Shown here: piece by piece, positions 1 through 10,182 of the stretch
Layout of the letters: every line of letters begins with the position of its first letter
Position numbering within the stretch: position 1 is the first letter of the stretch
Translations under genes and position numbers: made by a program
Notes under the pieces: model-generated
The model's database searches: none
Told to the model about the DNA's origin: nothing
What the model saw: only the letters and a program-made list of their open reading frames with translations
Assembly (NCBI GenBank): GCA_963719315.1
Contig: CAVRBU010000020.1
Span: forward strand, 32,001 to 96,000
DNA length: 64,000 nt
Direction: 5' to 3'
Source: an uncultured Planctomycetota bacterium
GTDB taxonomy: Bacteria > Planctomycetota > Planctomycetia > Pirellulales > Lacipirellulaceae

Positions 1-2
1 AC

Positions 3-851
3 TCCATCCATGCCGTTGTTACAGACCCACCCTACGGTGTCAAAGAATACGATCTCGACCAATTGGAAAAACGGGCGAGCGGCAATGGTGGGATTTGGAG
101 AATTCCGCCATCATTTGACGGTCATACGCGTTCACCCTTGCCGCGGTTTACGGCCCTGGACGCGCGAGAACGAATCCGCCTGCGGCGATTCTTTGTCGAT
201 TGGGGCAAGCTAGTTGGGCGCGCCCTTCGTCCAGGCGGTCACGTTTTTATTGCGACTAATGCTTTTATCGCCCAATTGCTCTATGAAGCCTTGGTTGAAT
301 CAGGTTTAGAGTTTCGAGGCCAGTTGATCCGGTTGGTACAAACCCTACGCGGGGGCGATCGGCCAAAGAACGCGGAGGCTGAGTTTCCGGGCGTCTCTTC
401 GCTGCCCAAGGGCCGTTACGAGCCGTGGGGCATCCTGCGCAAATCATTACCCTCTAAAATGACAGTCAGCGAATGCCTGCGCCAATGGCAAACTGGTGGC
501 CTGAGGCGCACGGCGAACGACAAACCGTTCAATGATGTAATCGCCAGCGAGCGAACACCTCGCCGAGAGCGCAACATCGCGGACCACCCGAGTCTTAAGC
601 CACAATCTTTTTTGCGGAGAGTCGTTCACGCAGCATTGCCATTAGGCAGCGGAATCATTCTCGATCCGTTTATGGGGTCGGGTTCAACGATTGCGGCAAT
701 CGAGGCCGTCGGGCTTAGCGGTGTAGGCATCGAACGACATCGGAATTACTACGACTTAGCGAGCAAAGCCATCCCGCGCCTGGCTGCGATGGAGGTGCCG
801 AATATCGATGGCCACATCGAGACGACTCGACCGCAAAAGAGCTTGTTTTAG
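3..851 (+). CDS. DNA methyltransferase (N4-C/N6-A, beta class), 5' end outside window
   Basis: Frame is open from base 3 (SIHAVVTDPPYG, motif IV); also HPSLKP and IILDPFMGSGST (motif I), in beta-class order. Confidence 0.9.
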   Translation, partial: SIHAVVTDPPYGVKEYDLDQLEKRASGNGGIWRIPPSFDGHTRSPLPRFTALDARERIRLRRFFVDWGKLVGRALRPGGHVFIATNAFIAQLLYEALVESGLEFRGQLIRLVQTLRGGDRPKNAEAEFPGVSSLPKGRYEPWGILRKSLPSKMTVSECLRQWQTGGLRRTANDKPFNDVIASERTPRRERNIADHPSLKPQSFLRRVVHAALPLGSGIILDPFMGSGSTIAAIEAVGLSGVGIERHRNYYDLASKAIPRLAAMEVPNIDGHIETTRPQKSLF

Positions 852-1489
852 GCCCGATAAATCCAGTTGGCTTCCATCTTGGCGAAGCCGCTCGGCATTA
901 CACTGGCCGTAATTGTTCGGCGACTGGTTGCCGATCGGCCCGAAAACTTCCAATCGGTGGCTTCCAATTGCGCGCCAACCACTTTGACGAATCGGAACGG
1001 CCGCGGCACGATTCCTTTTCCCGCGTGGGCGGATGTGTTGGAATCAAATACGAACACCATCAGCCACATCGGTTCGGCGTTGTGGCCCTGCCAACCGCGT
1101 TCGTGCCGCGAGCCTTTGACTTCGATTCCATCAGTAGCGTGCAAAATAGAGTCGCCTGGAAAAGTACGGGCCGGCAGCAAATCCGGATGGCCATTGTGGT
1201 ATTTGTTGCGCACGATCGTCTTGCAGTATTTCGGAATCGCTGCACCCATGAATTCGCCGACGATGCTGCTGAATGCGGCCGGCATCATGAAGGATTCCAG
1301 CCGCTCAATCTGCTTTGTGTTCAGTTGGGTATTGATGAACCCGAGGAAATCCAGAAAGGCCTGCATTGACCGGCGAATATGATTCGTTGTAACGCCGTAT
1401 GGGATCTTTGCGGCAGGATTGAACGCTTTAGCATTCAATGCTATCGGCAAGCACGCCGCGAGTTCCTTGTTGACGACCATCCTTGACAT
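848..1489 (-). CDS. Putative type II restriction endonuclease (PD-(D/E)xK fold)
   Basis: HPDLL...DGIEVKG motif; convergent with the MTase, stop codons overlap. Confidence 0.65.
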   Translation of the reverse strand: MSRMVVNKELAACLPIALNAKAFNPAAKIPYGVTTNHIRRSMQAFLDFLGFINTQLNTKQIERLESFMMPAAFSSIVGEFMGAAIPKYCKTIVRNKYHNGHPDLLPARTFPGDSILHATDGIEVKGSRHERGWQGHNAEPMWLMVFVFDSNTSAHAGKGIVPRPFRFVKVVGAQLEATDWKFSGRSATSRRTITASVMPSGFAKMEANWIYRA

Positions 1490-1860
1490 TCCCTGGCGTT
1501 CTTGGGGGTGGGAAGATTATGAAATTAGGGCGATGCCAGCAAGTCCAGCTCTGCGAGCGGCACCCGATTGGCAGTAATCAAATGCCTCTCAAGGCCAAGT
1601 GCCCCCACAAGCTTGATCGGCGAAGGAACCGGCATCGTTACAATCCCTTGCGAAGGCAAATCTTGCCGCTCTGCCAAGTGAAATGCCTTGATGCAGGCGT
1701 GAGCTGCGTGTTGCGGTCTGCTGCCGGCGGTCGATGAACTATTGGGCAGTGCTGCAAGCGACCGGTTCCCGGTCGATTTGCTAGTTGTGCACTCGCTCGC
1801 CCGCCTTCGCCGCCCCACACCCCCCTGACAGCGTTCCGGTTCGATCCGGCGCCATCCCCG

Positions 1861-2034
1861 ATGTCGACCCCACCGCTATCGCCGCGCGAATTGGTCGATC
1901 GACTGGACGCACGTCACGAAGAATTGATTGGCAGGCTGGATGAGCTCAATGCACAGATCGAGGCGGCCCTGGCTGAATTCGGGAGGTCGCGAGAGGCCGC
2001 GAAGTCCCAGGATATGACTGCTAAAGCGGCGTGA
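1861..2034 (+). CDS. Small coiled-coil hypothetical protein (57 aa), not in ORF track
   Basis: MSTPPLSPRELVDRLDARHEELIGRLDELNAQIEAALAEF...; heptad pattern. Confidence 0.6.
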   Translation: MSTPPLSPRELVDRLDARHEELIGRLDELNAQIEAALAEFGRSREAAKSQDMTAKAA

Positions 2035-2110
2035 GTTGAACCGCTAATGCGAGCTAACAACTCAACCTCAATTTGAGCTTGGATGGAGTCAGCACGGCTT
2101 TGCACAGGAA

Positions 2111-2195
2111 GTAGGTCCCGCTTGCGGAGCGGAACCTGAATCTGCTTTGCTACCTTTTGAATTCGCCCAGGTCCCTTCCGGCAGAAGGGACCTAC
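2111..2195. repeat. GTAG-type REP doublet, family A
   Basis: GTAGGTCCCGCTTGCGGAGCGGAACCT...AGGTCCCTTCCGGCAGAAGGGACCTAC; second 85-bp copy at 18402-18486. Confidence 0.85.
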
Positions 2196-2233
2196 GAAGA
2201 CTTTGTGGGCAAAAGTACCAGTATGCACTGGCT

Positions 2234-3775
2234 TTAGTGAACGAACTCCACGCCTAGATCGAAGCCGTTGGACAGCATCGTTTGGGTGTCGGCGTTGACG
2301 TAGCCCATATCCGGCAAACTGTAGTGCACGGAAGGCGCCGCCCGACGGATGCCGCTGATCACCGAACCGGTGTAGCCGAAGTTCAAGGCAAACGAGCTGG
2401 TGAAGTGGTACGAGGCGTGGACGCGCAATTCTCCGACTGGCGCGAAATTTTGTTCACGCAGGCCGTGTGCGAACGCGGTCGGGCGTCCGTATAGTGGCTG
2501 GTTCAGCGCGCCCGGCACCAGGCCTTCGCCCATCAAGCCGAGCTGATTCCAGTCCGCGACGTTGTAGCCGAACATGAAGCGGGCGTCCGTCTGAATTCTC
2601 CAGCGTTGCCGCTGATTGATCCATTGGGCGGCAATCTGCGGGCCGACAATCGAGTTGGTGAACGACGTGTCCCAGAACGCATCGTGGAGGATGCTGCCCG
2701 CGGCGTCCACGCGGAAATCGTCATATAACCGCAAGAATCGCGCACCGTAGGCGATGCTAAGCCGGTTGTTCTGGTGCTTGGCCATGTAGTGCTGGTTAGT
2801 CAGATCGTGCGTCCACATGGCTTCGACGCCATCCGTTTGCGTGGTGGAACGCACCGTGACGGAATCGAAGAAGATGTTGAACGTGTGAAGATCGCCGAAA
2901 TCCACGATGTGGCCGATAGTTCCGTCAGGATTTACGACCAGGACGTTGCCCCAGATGCCGTTGCCGTTGAGGTCGTCCGCCAAGCGGAAAACTTCGGTAT
3001 TGCCGACCGTTGTGTCTTCGGTGAACACGGGCAGTCCGTAACTTCCCACATACAGGAGCGGCCCAGCGACCGTGCCGCCCGACGCGGGGTTTAGGTTTTG
3101 TAGATAATCGCGGAACCCTTTCAGGTAACCTGGCGGCGTTTCGAAGAGCACGGGCACACTACCGAAGCCGAATGCCCGGGCCTCGCCGACCGGGCCCGTG
3201 CCTGGGCCGATATCGGTGCCGTCTGTGTAGTCATCGGGAATGAAGGGCGGAATTCCGTTTCCGAGGGCCGGATCGGGAACGAATCCGTAGAACTCCTGTT
3301 GGTTCAGTTGCGGACCGTCCAAAACGCTGATCTGCCAGCCGTGTCCGTTGTCGCGATATCCGAACTCGTAGCGATTGCCGAGCGCGAAGCCGGCCCGCGG
3401 CGGCACGTTCGTTAATCCGTTATGCACTAGATATGGCGTCGGCGGCGGACCGTTGATGTCCTGCGGATTGGGGCTGTAGATCACTTCCGCAAATTGTCCT
3501 TGAACCATAACGCCGTTGATGTTCTCAGAGACGTTCGGGCTACCCACGGTCGTGCGCTCGCCCGTATAGGCCCAGAAGAGCTTGTTGTACTCGAAGAAAT
3601 AACCCGACCACTGGTCGTCGACCATGTTGTCCAGGTCGAGGTCGAACGGCGCAAAGATCTGGAGATCTTGCTCGTAGTTCGACGGCCCCATCGGCAGGTT
3701 TTCTTCGGCGCGCCCGGTGCGCAGCAATGCGCAGAGCGTTACGGCGGCCAACGATCCGAGTAAACGGTATTTCAT
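2234..3775 (-). CDS. BBP7-family outer-membrane beta-barrel protein
   Basis: Signal peptide MKYRLLGSLAAV; C-terminal amphipathic strands (NSIVGPQI, FAPVGELRV, NFGYT, GFDLGVEF). Confidence 0.75.
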   Translation of the reverse strand: MKYRLLGSLAAVTLCALLRTGRAEENLPMGPSNYEQDLQIFAPFDLDLDNMVDDQWSGYFFEYNKLFWAYTGERTTVGSPNVSENINGVMVQGQFAEVIYSPNPQDINGPPPTPYLVHNGLTNVPPRAGFALGNRYEFGYRDNGHGWQISVLDGPQLNQQEFYGFVPDPALGNGIPPFIPDDYTDGTDIGPGTGPVGEARAFGFGSVPVLFETPPGYLKGFRDYLQNLNPASGGTVAGPLLYVGSYGLPVFTEDTTVGNTEVFRLADDLNGNGIWGNVLVVNPDGTIGHIVDFGDLHTFNIFFDSVTVRSTTQTDGVEAMWTHDLTNQHYMAKHQNNRLSIAYGARFLRLYDDFRVDAAGSILHDAFWDTSFTNSIVGPQIAAQWINQRQRWRIQTDARFMFGYNVADWNQLGLMGEGLVPGALNQPLYGRPTAFAHGLREQNFAPVGELRVHASYHFTSSFALNFGYTGSVISGIRRAAPSVHYSLPDMGYVNADTQTMLSNGFDLGVEFVH

Positions 3776-4405
3776 TATTTGTTTCCCCCTACCGTGGAAA
3801 CGCGGCGGAAGTGAGCAGGGCGGTGGCGCGACGAGCGGCCCCACCGGGTCTGCCGTGTGGGTAGTATCGGATGCGCCATCCGTACCAGTTGAGTAAGATC
3901 GGTAAAGAGTGACGAAAATCGGGGTCGTTCCGATTTTGTCGGCCGAGTTTTCTTAGGAACGCCAGCGAGGAGAGCGGCAGGAAGCTGAATTCGCAAGAAT
4001 CCAGTCCGAGCAGCTAGCGGCGGAGCTACTGCTAGTCCGGCATCGAAGGGCACGGCCGGAGATGGTACGGCAGCATTTGGCCCATAAAAAAAGCTCCCAC
4101 AGGTGGGGCAGGAACCTGTGGAAGCCGTGGAGTCGAGGCCTATTAGCCCCGATGGCCTTTATAATACCCCAAAATCTCCTCAAAGCAAAGATATTCTCAA
4201 AAAATAAAGGCGAATATTTGGGAAATTGATGAAACGGCCAAAAGCAACTACTTCTGGGGGGCTTTGGAGAAGTCTGGGGAATCCACGCCAGGCCAGGGCC
4301 CAACCTGCTGGATTGGCACCAACACCTTCGGACCGACGTGAATCGACCGCCATCATTGAAGGTTCGTTTTGAGCGGCCTCGATTAGCAATAGGTCGCGCA
4401 AGCGT

Positions 4406-4522
4406 GGTGACCTATTTTGAGGCACAACAAGCTTGTAGCACGGACTTCAGTCCGTGATTCTTGTACGGACTGAAGTCCGTGCTACAAAGTACCGGTCCGA
4501 ACGGCGCCAAAATTAGGACACC
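4406..4522. repeat. ~116-bp MITE/REPIN-like element, family B, copy 1
   Basis: Outer IR GGTGACCTATTTT/AAAATTAGGACACC around core GTAGCACGGACTTCAGTCCGT...ACGGACTGAAGTCCGTGCTAC. Confidence 0.85.
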
Positions 4523-4636
4523 ACCCACGCGAGCGATGCTTTGTCTCGGAATCCTGCGCGGCGTATACTTTTCAGCGAGCGCTAGCTGTTCGACTTATCA
4601 TTAAAGCGCTCGGAAACGAAAAATGGGAACTTTTCG

Positions 4637-5658
4637 ATGAACTTGCACAAAGGTCGCTCGAAGGACGGAACTCTCTGGCTCCGCTCGTGGTGGCTGACAG
4701 CTTCAGTACTGGTAATTGGTCAACTGGTGACAGTCGGCGCTGCGCACAGGCGACAGCACCAGCGCGGCCTGCCGTCAAAGCCAAGTCCGCCGTCAAAGCA
4801 GTCGCCAAAAACGACTTGGCGGCGACCACTGTTGACGCGAATGATCCCGCAATCGGGACGGACTGGGTGCGATTGAAGAAAGATGCGGATGGCCAGGTCG
4901 TGGGAATGCAGACGGCAATCGTGCGGTACGCGCCGGCCGCCGGCTCGGGAAAGGATCCGGCGGAGGTGGATTTGATCGGCGCCGTACACATCGCCGACGT
5001 GGCGTACTACAACCAGCTTAACGAGCGATTCAAGCAATACGACGCGCTGTTATACGAGCTAGTTGCACCGGAAGGGACGGTTGTCGAGAAGGGGCGCGGC
5101 ACTTCGAATACGCACCCGATCGGCGCGATGCAAAACGTGTTTAAGGATATGCTCGATCTCGATCATCAACTCTCGGACATCGACTACACGAAGCCGAATT
5201 TCGTGCACGCGGATATGTCGCCGGACGATTTCGCCAAGGCGATGGCGGATCGCCACGATACGTTCTTACAGATGTACTTCCGGTTGATCGGCCAAGCGAT
5301 GGCGCACCAGACCGAGATCACGGCCAACGGGCAATCGCCGGATTTGGAAATGATCACGGCGCTGTTCGCCCCCGACCGGTCTCGCCGGCTGAAGATCGTG
5401 CTTGCCCGGCAGCTTTCCGAGATGGAAAGCCTGATGGTCGGCTTCGGCGGTGAGGATGGATCAGCCATCATCACGGACCGAAACAAAAAGGCATTGGAAG
5501 TTCTTAAGAAGGAGCTAGCCAACGGCAAAAAGAAGATTGGCATCTTCTACGGCGCCGGGCATCTGAGCGATATGGACAAGCGGCTCCGCAAGGATTTCGG
5601 ATTGCGGCCGGTGTCGATCATGTGGCTGACGGCCTGGGATTTGGCCCCGAAGAAGTAA
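4637..5658 (+). CDS. Exported hypothetical protein (TraB/GumN-like), probable frameshift near 4740
   Basis: Signal-like N-terminus from ATG 4637 lies in a different frame from the body; LIGAVHIAD..YY, YDALLYELV, IFYGAGHL. Confidence 0.7.
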
Positions 5659-5696
5659 GGGGCCCACCCGACTGATAAATTGCACCCCTGCTCGGT

Positions 5697-5811
5697 GGTG
5701 TCCCAATTTGGCACCGTTCGGACCGGAGCTTTGTAGCACGGACTTCAGTCCGTACGAGAATCACGGACTGAAGTCCGTGCTACAAGGCTGTTGGCCGCAA
5801 ATTAGGACACC
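5697..5811. repeat. Family B element, copy 2 (inverted relative to copy 1)
   Basis: GGTGTCCCAATTT...GTAGCACGGACTTCAGTCCGT...AAATTAGGACACC. Confidence 0.85.
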
Positions 5812-5945
5812 GCCTCCTGCTGCTTGCGCTTCCGACGGATTGTTCCGCCTGATACACTGGCGGGAGCGAATACTAATTGTTTGGTTCGCGGCGAAGTTGT
5901 TGCGTTCCGCGGAAAGTCAGAACTTAAGCGTCGAAGGAGCCCATG

Positions 5946-6044
5946 ATGGCCAAGCCAGGTCGAAAAGTAAAGAAAGCCAATCACGGCAGGCGCCCCGCCT
6001 GCAGCCGCCCGCGCAAGAACCGCCGCCACGCGGTGAAGACCTAG
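5946..6044 (+). CDS. Small basic protein, ribosomal protein bL37-like (32 aa)
   Basis: MAKPGRKVKKANHGRRPACSRPRKNRRHAVKT; AAGGAG RBS at 5934-5939; KANHG.RP motif. Confidence 0.7.
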   Translation: MAKPGRKVKKANHGRRPACSRPRKNRRHAVKT

Positions 6045-6056
6045 CAGCTTTCCGCC

Positions 6057-6122
6057 GTAGCCGAAGTCGCAAGACTTCTGGCAGTGAGCGAATTGCGTCG
6101 GAATTCTTGCGAATTCCGCTAC
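6057..6122. repeat. GTAG-type REP doublet, family C
   Basis: GTAGCCGAAGTCGCAAGACTTC...GAATTCTTGCGAATTCCGCTAC. Confidence 0.8.
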
Positions 6123-6154
6123 TTCGCCATCGATGCCATTTAGTTGAGGTCGAA

Positions 6155-6664
6155 GTGCCCAACAAAGATTTGATCCTCGATTTTTCGGAGTACGACCTCG
6201 ACCACGTCGTGGCCGACATCGAGGAAATTCGTCGCTACAACCCGCAGCGCCATGAAATGGAGCAGCTTACGGCGATCGTTTACGACGACGTGGCGACCGG
6301 CGTTTGCGTTGGCTACAAGGACATAGGCGATCACGAGTTCTGGGCCCGCGGCCACATGCCGGGCATGCCCATCATGCCCGGGGTGGTAATGTGCGAGGCG
6401 GCCGCGCAGATGTGTAGTTATCATTCGCAGCGTCACAACTTGCTGGGCGCAGAAATGGTCGGCTTCGGGGGCATGGACGAAGTTCGGTTTCGCGGCGTGG
6501 TCGTGCCGGGCGACCGGCTGGTCGTCGCGGCCCAGAAGCTGCAACTCCGCGTCGGGGCGATGATTCGGTGCCGCTTTCAATGCTATGTGCGCGAGCTGGT
6601 CGTTTGCGAGGGAGAGATTCGTGGCATTCCGATTCCGGTGGCGGCGCTGAGCGCACGCGCCTGA
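6155..6664 (+). CDS. fabZ: 3-hydroxyacyl-ACP dehydratase (FabZ/FabA family)
   Basis: FWARGHMPGMPIMPGVVMCEAAAQ, VRFRGVVVPGD; GTG start inferred. Confidence 0.8.
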   Translation: MPNKDLILDFSEYDLDHVVADIEEIRRYNPQRHEMEQLTAIVYDDVATGVCVGYKDIGDHEFWARGHMPGMPIMPGVVMCEAAAQMCSYHSQRHNLLGAEMVGFGGMDEVRFRGVVVPGDRLVVAAQKLQLRVGAMIRCRFQCYVRELVVCEGEIRGIPIPVAALSARA

Positions 6665-6683
6665 GGGGCGATGGTGATTCGCC

Positions 6684-7496
6684 ATGCTCTTTCCGCTCTT
6701 CGATTTGAATCCACGCAAGCGATTTCCGCTCATCACGCTGCTGATCATTGCCGCTAACATCGCGGTTACCTCGTGGTCCTGGTCGCTGCCGGACCAGAAG
6801 CAAAGCAAAATTGCGATGCACTATGGTTTCGTGCCGGCGCGGCTGTCGCACATTGGTCGGGGACGCGAGATCACAGCCCCCATTCGAGCCTTCGATGAAC
6901 GCAGTGGGCAAGCCGTGCAAGTCGGTGTTGCGCATTTGTCCACGAAGACCTCCGACGTTTACCTTACTTTTTTGACGACGATGTTCCTGCACGGCGGCTG
7001 GGGGCATCTGCTGATGAACATGTGGATGCTGTGGGTCTTCGGTAACAACGTCGAAGACCGGCTGGGGCATTTCGTGTACCTCGCGTTCTATTTGCTCGGC
7101 GGTGTGGTGGCGACGCTCGCGTTTTGGGCCTCTGATCCAAATGGAGTGATGCCCGTCATCGGCGCGAGCGGGGCGGTCGCCCCCGTGCTTGGCGGGTATG
7201 CGGTCACGTTTCCGACGGCGAAGGTGCGAACCCTCGTTTTCTTCCTGCTGATCGTGATCATCGATATTCCGGCGCTGGTGCTGCTGGGAATTTGGTTCGC
7301 GATGCAGGTCGTCTCTGGTCTGATGGGGGTGTGGGGCGTGCCGCTTGAGCCGGTGGCGTTTTGGGCACACATTGGCGGTTTCGTCGCGGGCATGATTCTG
7401 ATGCCGCTGTTCGGCCTGGGCGCGTCGCCGCCCGGAAAGGATTGGCGGAAAGAGGCGGAAGAAATGTTCCGGTACGAGGATCCGCGTTTCTCGTAA
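6684..7496 (+). CDS. Rhomboid intramembrane serine protease
   Basis: FLHGGWGHLLMNM, GASG, AHIGG motifs. Confidence 0.92.
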   Translation: MLFPLFDLNPRKRFPLITLLIIAANIAVTSWSWSLPDQKQSKIAMHYGFVPARLSHIGRGREITAPIRAFDERSGQAVQVGVAHLSTKTSDVYLTFLTTMFLHGGWGHLLMNMWMLWVFGNNVEDRLGHFVYLAFYLLGGVVATLAFWASDPNGVMPVIGASGAVAPVLGGYAVTFPTAKVRTLVFFLLIVIIDIPALVLLGIWFAMQVVSGLMGVWGVPLEPVAFWAHIGGFVAGMILMPLFGLGASPPGKDWRKEAEEMFRYEDPRFS

Positions 7497-7504
7497 CTTT
7501 TTGC

Positions 7505-7562
7505 GTAGCCGAGTTCGCAAGAATTCAGACACGGCAAGCTGAATTCGTGCGAATTCAGCTAC
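7505..7562. repeat. REP doublet, family C
   Basis: GTAGCCGAGTTCGCAAGAATTC...GAATTCGTGCGAATTCAGCTAC. Confidence 0.8.
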
Positions 7563-7606
7563 GACCAAAGCATTTCTTCCGGATTGAAGTTCAAGAAGTT
7601 ACAACA

Positions 7607-8248
7607 ATGGCTCGCCGCGCACATCGAAAACTTGATCCGGCGCTCGATTTGAGTCGGCATCTCAAATTGCCGGCTCAATTGCCGCGGCCGTGGGACGCGA
7701 GGCAACTCTTCGGTCGGGTGGCGCCGTTGGAAGTCGAGGTCGGCAGCGGCAAAGGGTTGTTTTTGCAATCGGCGGCGGCGAGCAATCCGGATCACGATTA
7801 CCTGGGCATTGAAATCGCAACGAAGTATGCCCGCTTTGCGGCTGCGCGGCTGGCTCGGCGGGAACTAACGAACGCCGTGATGGTGCACGGCGACGCCCAG
7901 CCGATTTTCGCCGATTTGCTGCCCGACGAATCGCTGACCGCCGTTCATGTGTACTTTCCCGATCCGTGGTGGAAGAAGCGGCACGAAAAGCGGCGCTTGC
8001 TCAACGAGCGGTTCGTAAAGCAAGTCGAGCGGACGCTCGTAGCGGGCGGCTCGCTACATTATTGGACAGATGTACGCGAGCGGTTCGATGCCACGCTGGA
8101 GTTGCTCACCGCGCGGACGACGCTCGTTGGTCCGCTGGAGGTCGTCGAGCGGCCGGCGGAGCATGAACTCGATTTTCGCACGCATTTCGAGCGGCGGATG
8201 CGGCTGGCGGAGCTGCCCGTCTATCGAGCCGAATTTCGCAAGCGTTAG
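7607..8248 (+). CDS. trmB: tRNA (guanine-N7)-methyltransferase
   Basis: EVGSGKG, YFPDPWWKKRHEKRR, THFE motifs. Confidence 0.93.
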   Translation: MARRAHRKLDPALDLSRHLKLPAQLPRPWDARQLFGRVAPLEVEVGSGKGLFLQSAAASNPDHDYLGIEIATKYARFAAARLARRELTNAVMVHGDAQPIFADLLPDESLTAVHVYFPDPWWKKRHEKRRLLNERFVKQVERTLVAGGSLHYWTDVRERFDATLELLTARTTLVGPLEVVERPAEHELDFRTHFERRMRLAELPVYRAEFRKR

Positions 8249-8268
8249 CGATCCATCGCGTCGCCGCA

Positions 8269-8595
8269 CTACCAACGATAATAGGAGTAGTAAGGTCTTC
8301 GCACCGGGAATGCGGCGACCGCTGGGGCGTAGTACGCAACGCGTGGTGCGTAGTAGGTCGTTGCCGGCGCCGCGTAGTACACCGTCGTTGGGGCGGCCGC
8401 ATAGTACGTCGTGGTTGGTGCCGCGGCGTAGTAGGTTGTGGTGGGCGCGGCACTATAGTATGCGGTAGTTACAGGCGCTGCGGCATAATACACCGTCGCG
8501 GGCTGATAGTAGGATGTGTTGTAACACTGTGCATTAGCGGCGGCGGCGCCAATCAGCGCGGCGGCGATTGCCAGGAGCAATTCAATACGTTTCAT
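8269..8595 (-). CDS. Secreted Tyr/Ala/Thr-rich repeat protein (108 aa)
   Basis: Signal peptide MKRIELLLAIAAALIGAAAANA followed by tandem YYAAAPTTT-like repeats. Confidence 0.8.
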   Translation of the reverse strand: MKRIELLLAIAAALIGAAAANAQCYNTSYYQPATVYYAAAPVTTAYYSAAPTTTYYAAAPTTTYYAAAPTTVYYAAPATTYYAPRVAYYAPAVAAFPVRRPYYSYYRW

Positions 8596-8835
8596 CGTAG
8601 GATCCCCTTCTGCAACGAAAATAGGGTTTCGGGCAACAATCAGCGGTGCCCGCCGTGGCCACGCATTTGACTGCTTCCAATTATTGCGAAAATGTCGGCA
8701 AACGCAAGATGCGGGCAATTCTTTACAGGTGGCCCTCGGATCGTGTCCAATGCCTGTACGCAGGACCGACTCGACGGGCCTAGTTAGCGTGACGTGGGAC
8801 CAATCGCCTCGCTGCGCTGCGGGCCAAAAGCAACC

Positions 8836-9698
8836 ATGAAACTTACGCGCGTTCAAGCTATTCTCGACCGGCATCGGGCGATCGTGTTCCCGGGAGTGTA
8901 TGACACGCTTTCCGCGAAGCTTGCGGCGCGGGCTGGTTTTCCGATGGCGTTCATTTCTGGCTATTCGGTGGCGGCGACAGCCATCGGCGAGCCCGACCTC
9001 GGCCTCTTGACGCAAACAGAGATCGTTGAGCAAGCGCGGCGGGTGTGCCGCAGCGTCGAGATTCCGATCATCGTCGATGCGGATACCGGCTACGGCAATC
9101 CACTGAATGTGATTCGCACGGTCCGCGAGCTGATCGATGCCGGGGCGGCCGGTTGCTTTTTGGAAGACCAACAGTGGCCTAAGAAGTGCGGTCACATGCG
9201 CGGCAAACGGGTGATCGAGCGGGAGGAGTATTTGGATAAAGTGCGGGCGGCGGTTGATACGCGTGGCGAGGCCGACTTCTTTATCGTTGCGCGAACCGAT
9301 GCGTTGGCGGCCGTGGGGTTGGATGAGGCCATTGCCCGCGTCACCGAGGCGCGGGCCATCGGGGCGAACGCGAGCTTTGTCGAAGCGCCGAACTCACTTG
9401 CCGAGATGGCCGAGATCGGGCGGCGAGCGCCGCGCCCGTCGTGGCCAACATGATCGAAAAGGGCAAGACGCCAGTGCTTCCCAAGCAGAAGCTGGTCGAC
9501 CTTGGATTTCATTTGATTCTGTATCCGCTGGCGGGCTTGTTTGCCGCCGCTCACGGTCTGGCGACGGTCTACGACAAGCTCCGCCGCGAGGATACCACGT
9601 TGGGAGCGGAGGAGCAGTTGATGGCATTCGACGAATTCAACAAACTGATCGGCGTCGAAGCGAAGTACGAAATCGCGGAGCGGTATGGCGTGAAGTAA
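8836..9698 (+). CDS. Isocitrate lyase/PEP mutase family protein (PrpB-like), frameshift near 9438
   Basis: DADTGYG, EDQQWPKKCGH, IVARTDA; C-terminus (VANMIEKGKTP) continues in another frame. Confidence 0.88.
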
Positions 9699-9734
9699 AA
9701 CCAAAGCCAACCGCGAGGCACGCAGCGTGAAAGA

Positions 9735-9800
9735 GCAATGACCAATGACCAGGACTATGATTGCTAACAATTGGTCATTGGGATTTGGTCTTGGTCATTA
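9735..9800. repeat. Inverted heptamer tandem repeats (CAATGAC/GTCATTG)
   Basis: CAATGACCAATGACC...TTGGTCATTGG; same type at 58914-58978. Confidence 0.65.
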
Positions 9801-10182
9801 TTTCTTCGCGTTCTAGTGGTTCCATTACTGCTCTCAGCGTCTCGGCGTGAAACTTTCCCGCGAATTCCAGAAAGTCGCAGCCGCCCTAAGTGCTTGTCTC
9901 GTAAAGCCTACGCGCATTTTGCAGTTGTAGCGGCTTTCGCCCCGTGGACGTTCTGTTCCAGGGAGGTGTAAAATAAGGCACTGCGAAGTTAGACCATGCG
10001 ATCTGCGCTCGAACTTGAACAAATGCTCTTCAGAATACTTCACGCGGCTCGGAGCCAGCGTGTATCGGTTGGAGCGAGCGTTGGTCTGCTTGTTAAATCA
10101 CCGTCAATTCAATGCAGGCGGTTTGCCGGCTCTTCCACCTACCTGTGCCGGACTTTGACGCAGCGATAGTTGCGTTCGATCT

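Noticed and set aside
1830..1860. CCGGTTCGATCCGG, T-arm-like hairpin near the R-M genes
   Set aside because: No cloverleaf, D arm or anticodon arm; too weak to call a tRNA or att remnant.
5708..6154. Long N-terminal extension of the FabZ ORF in the track
   Set aside because: It is read-through across repeats and the bL37-like gene; the real start is likely GTG 6155.
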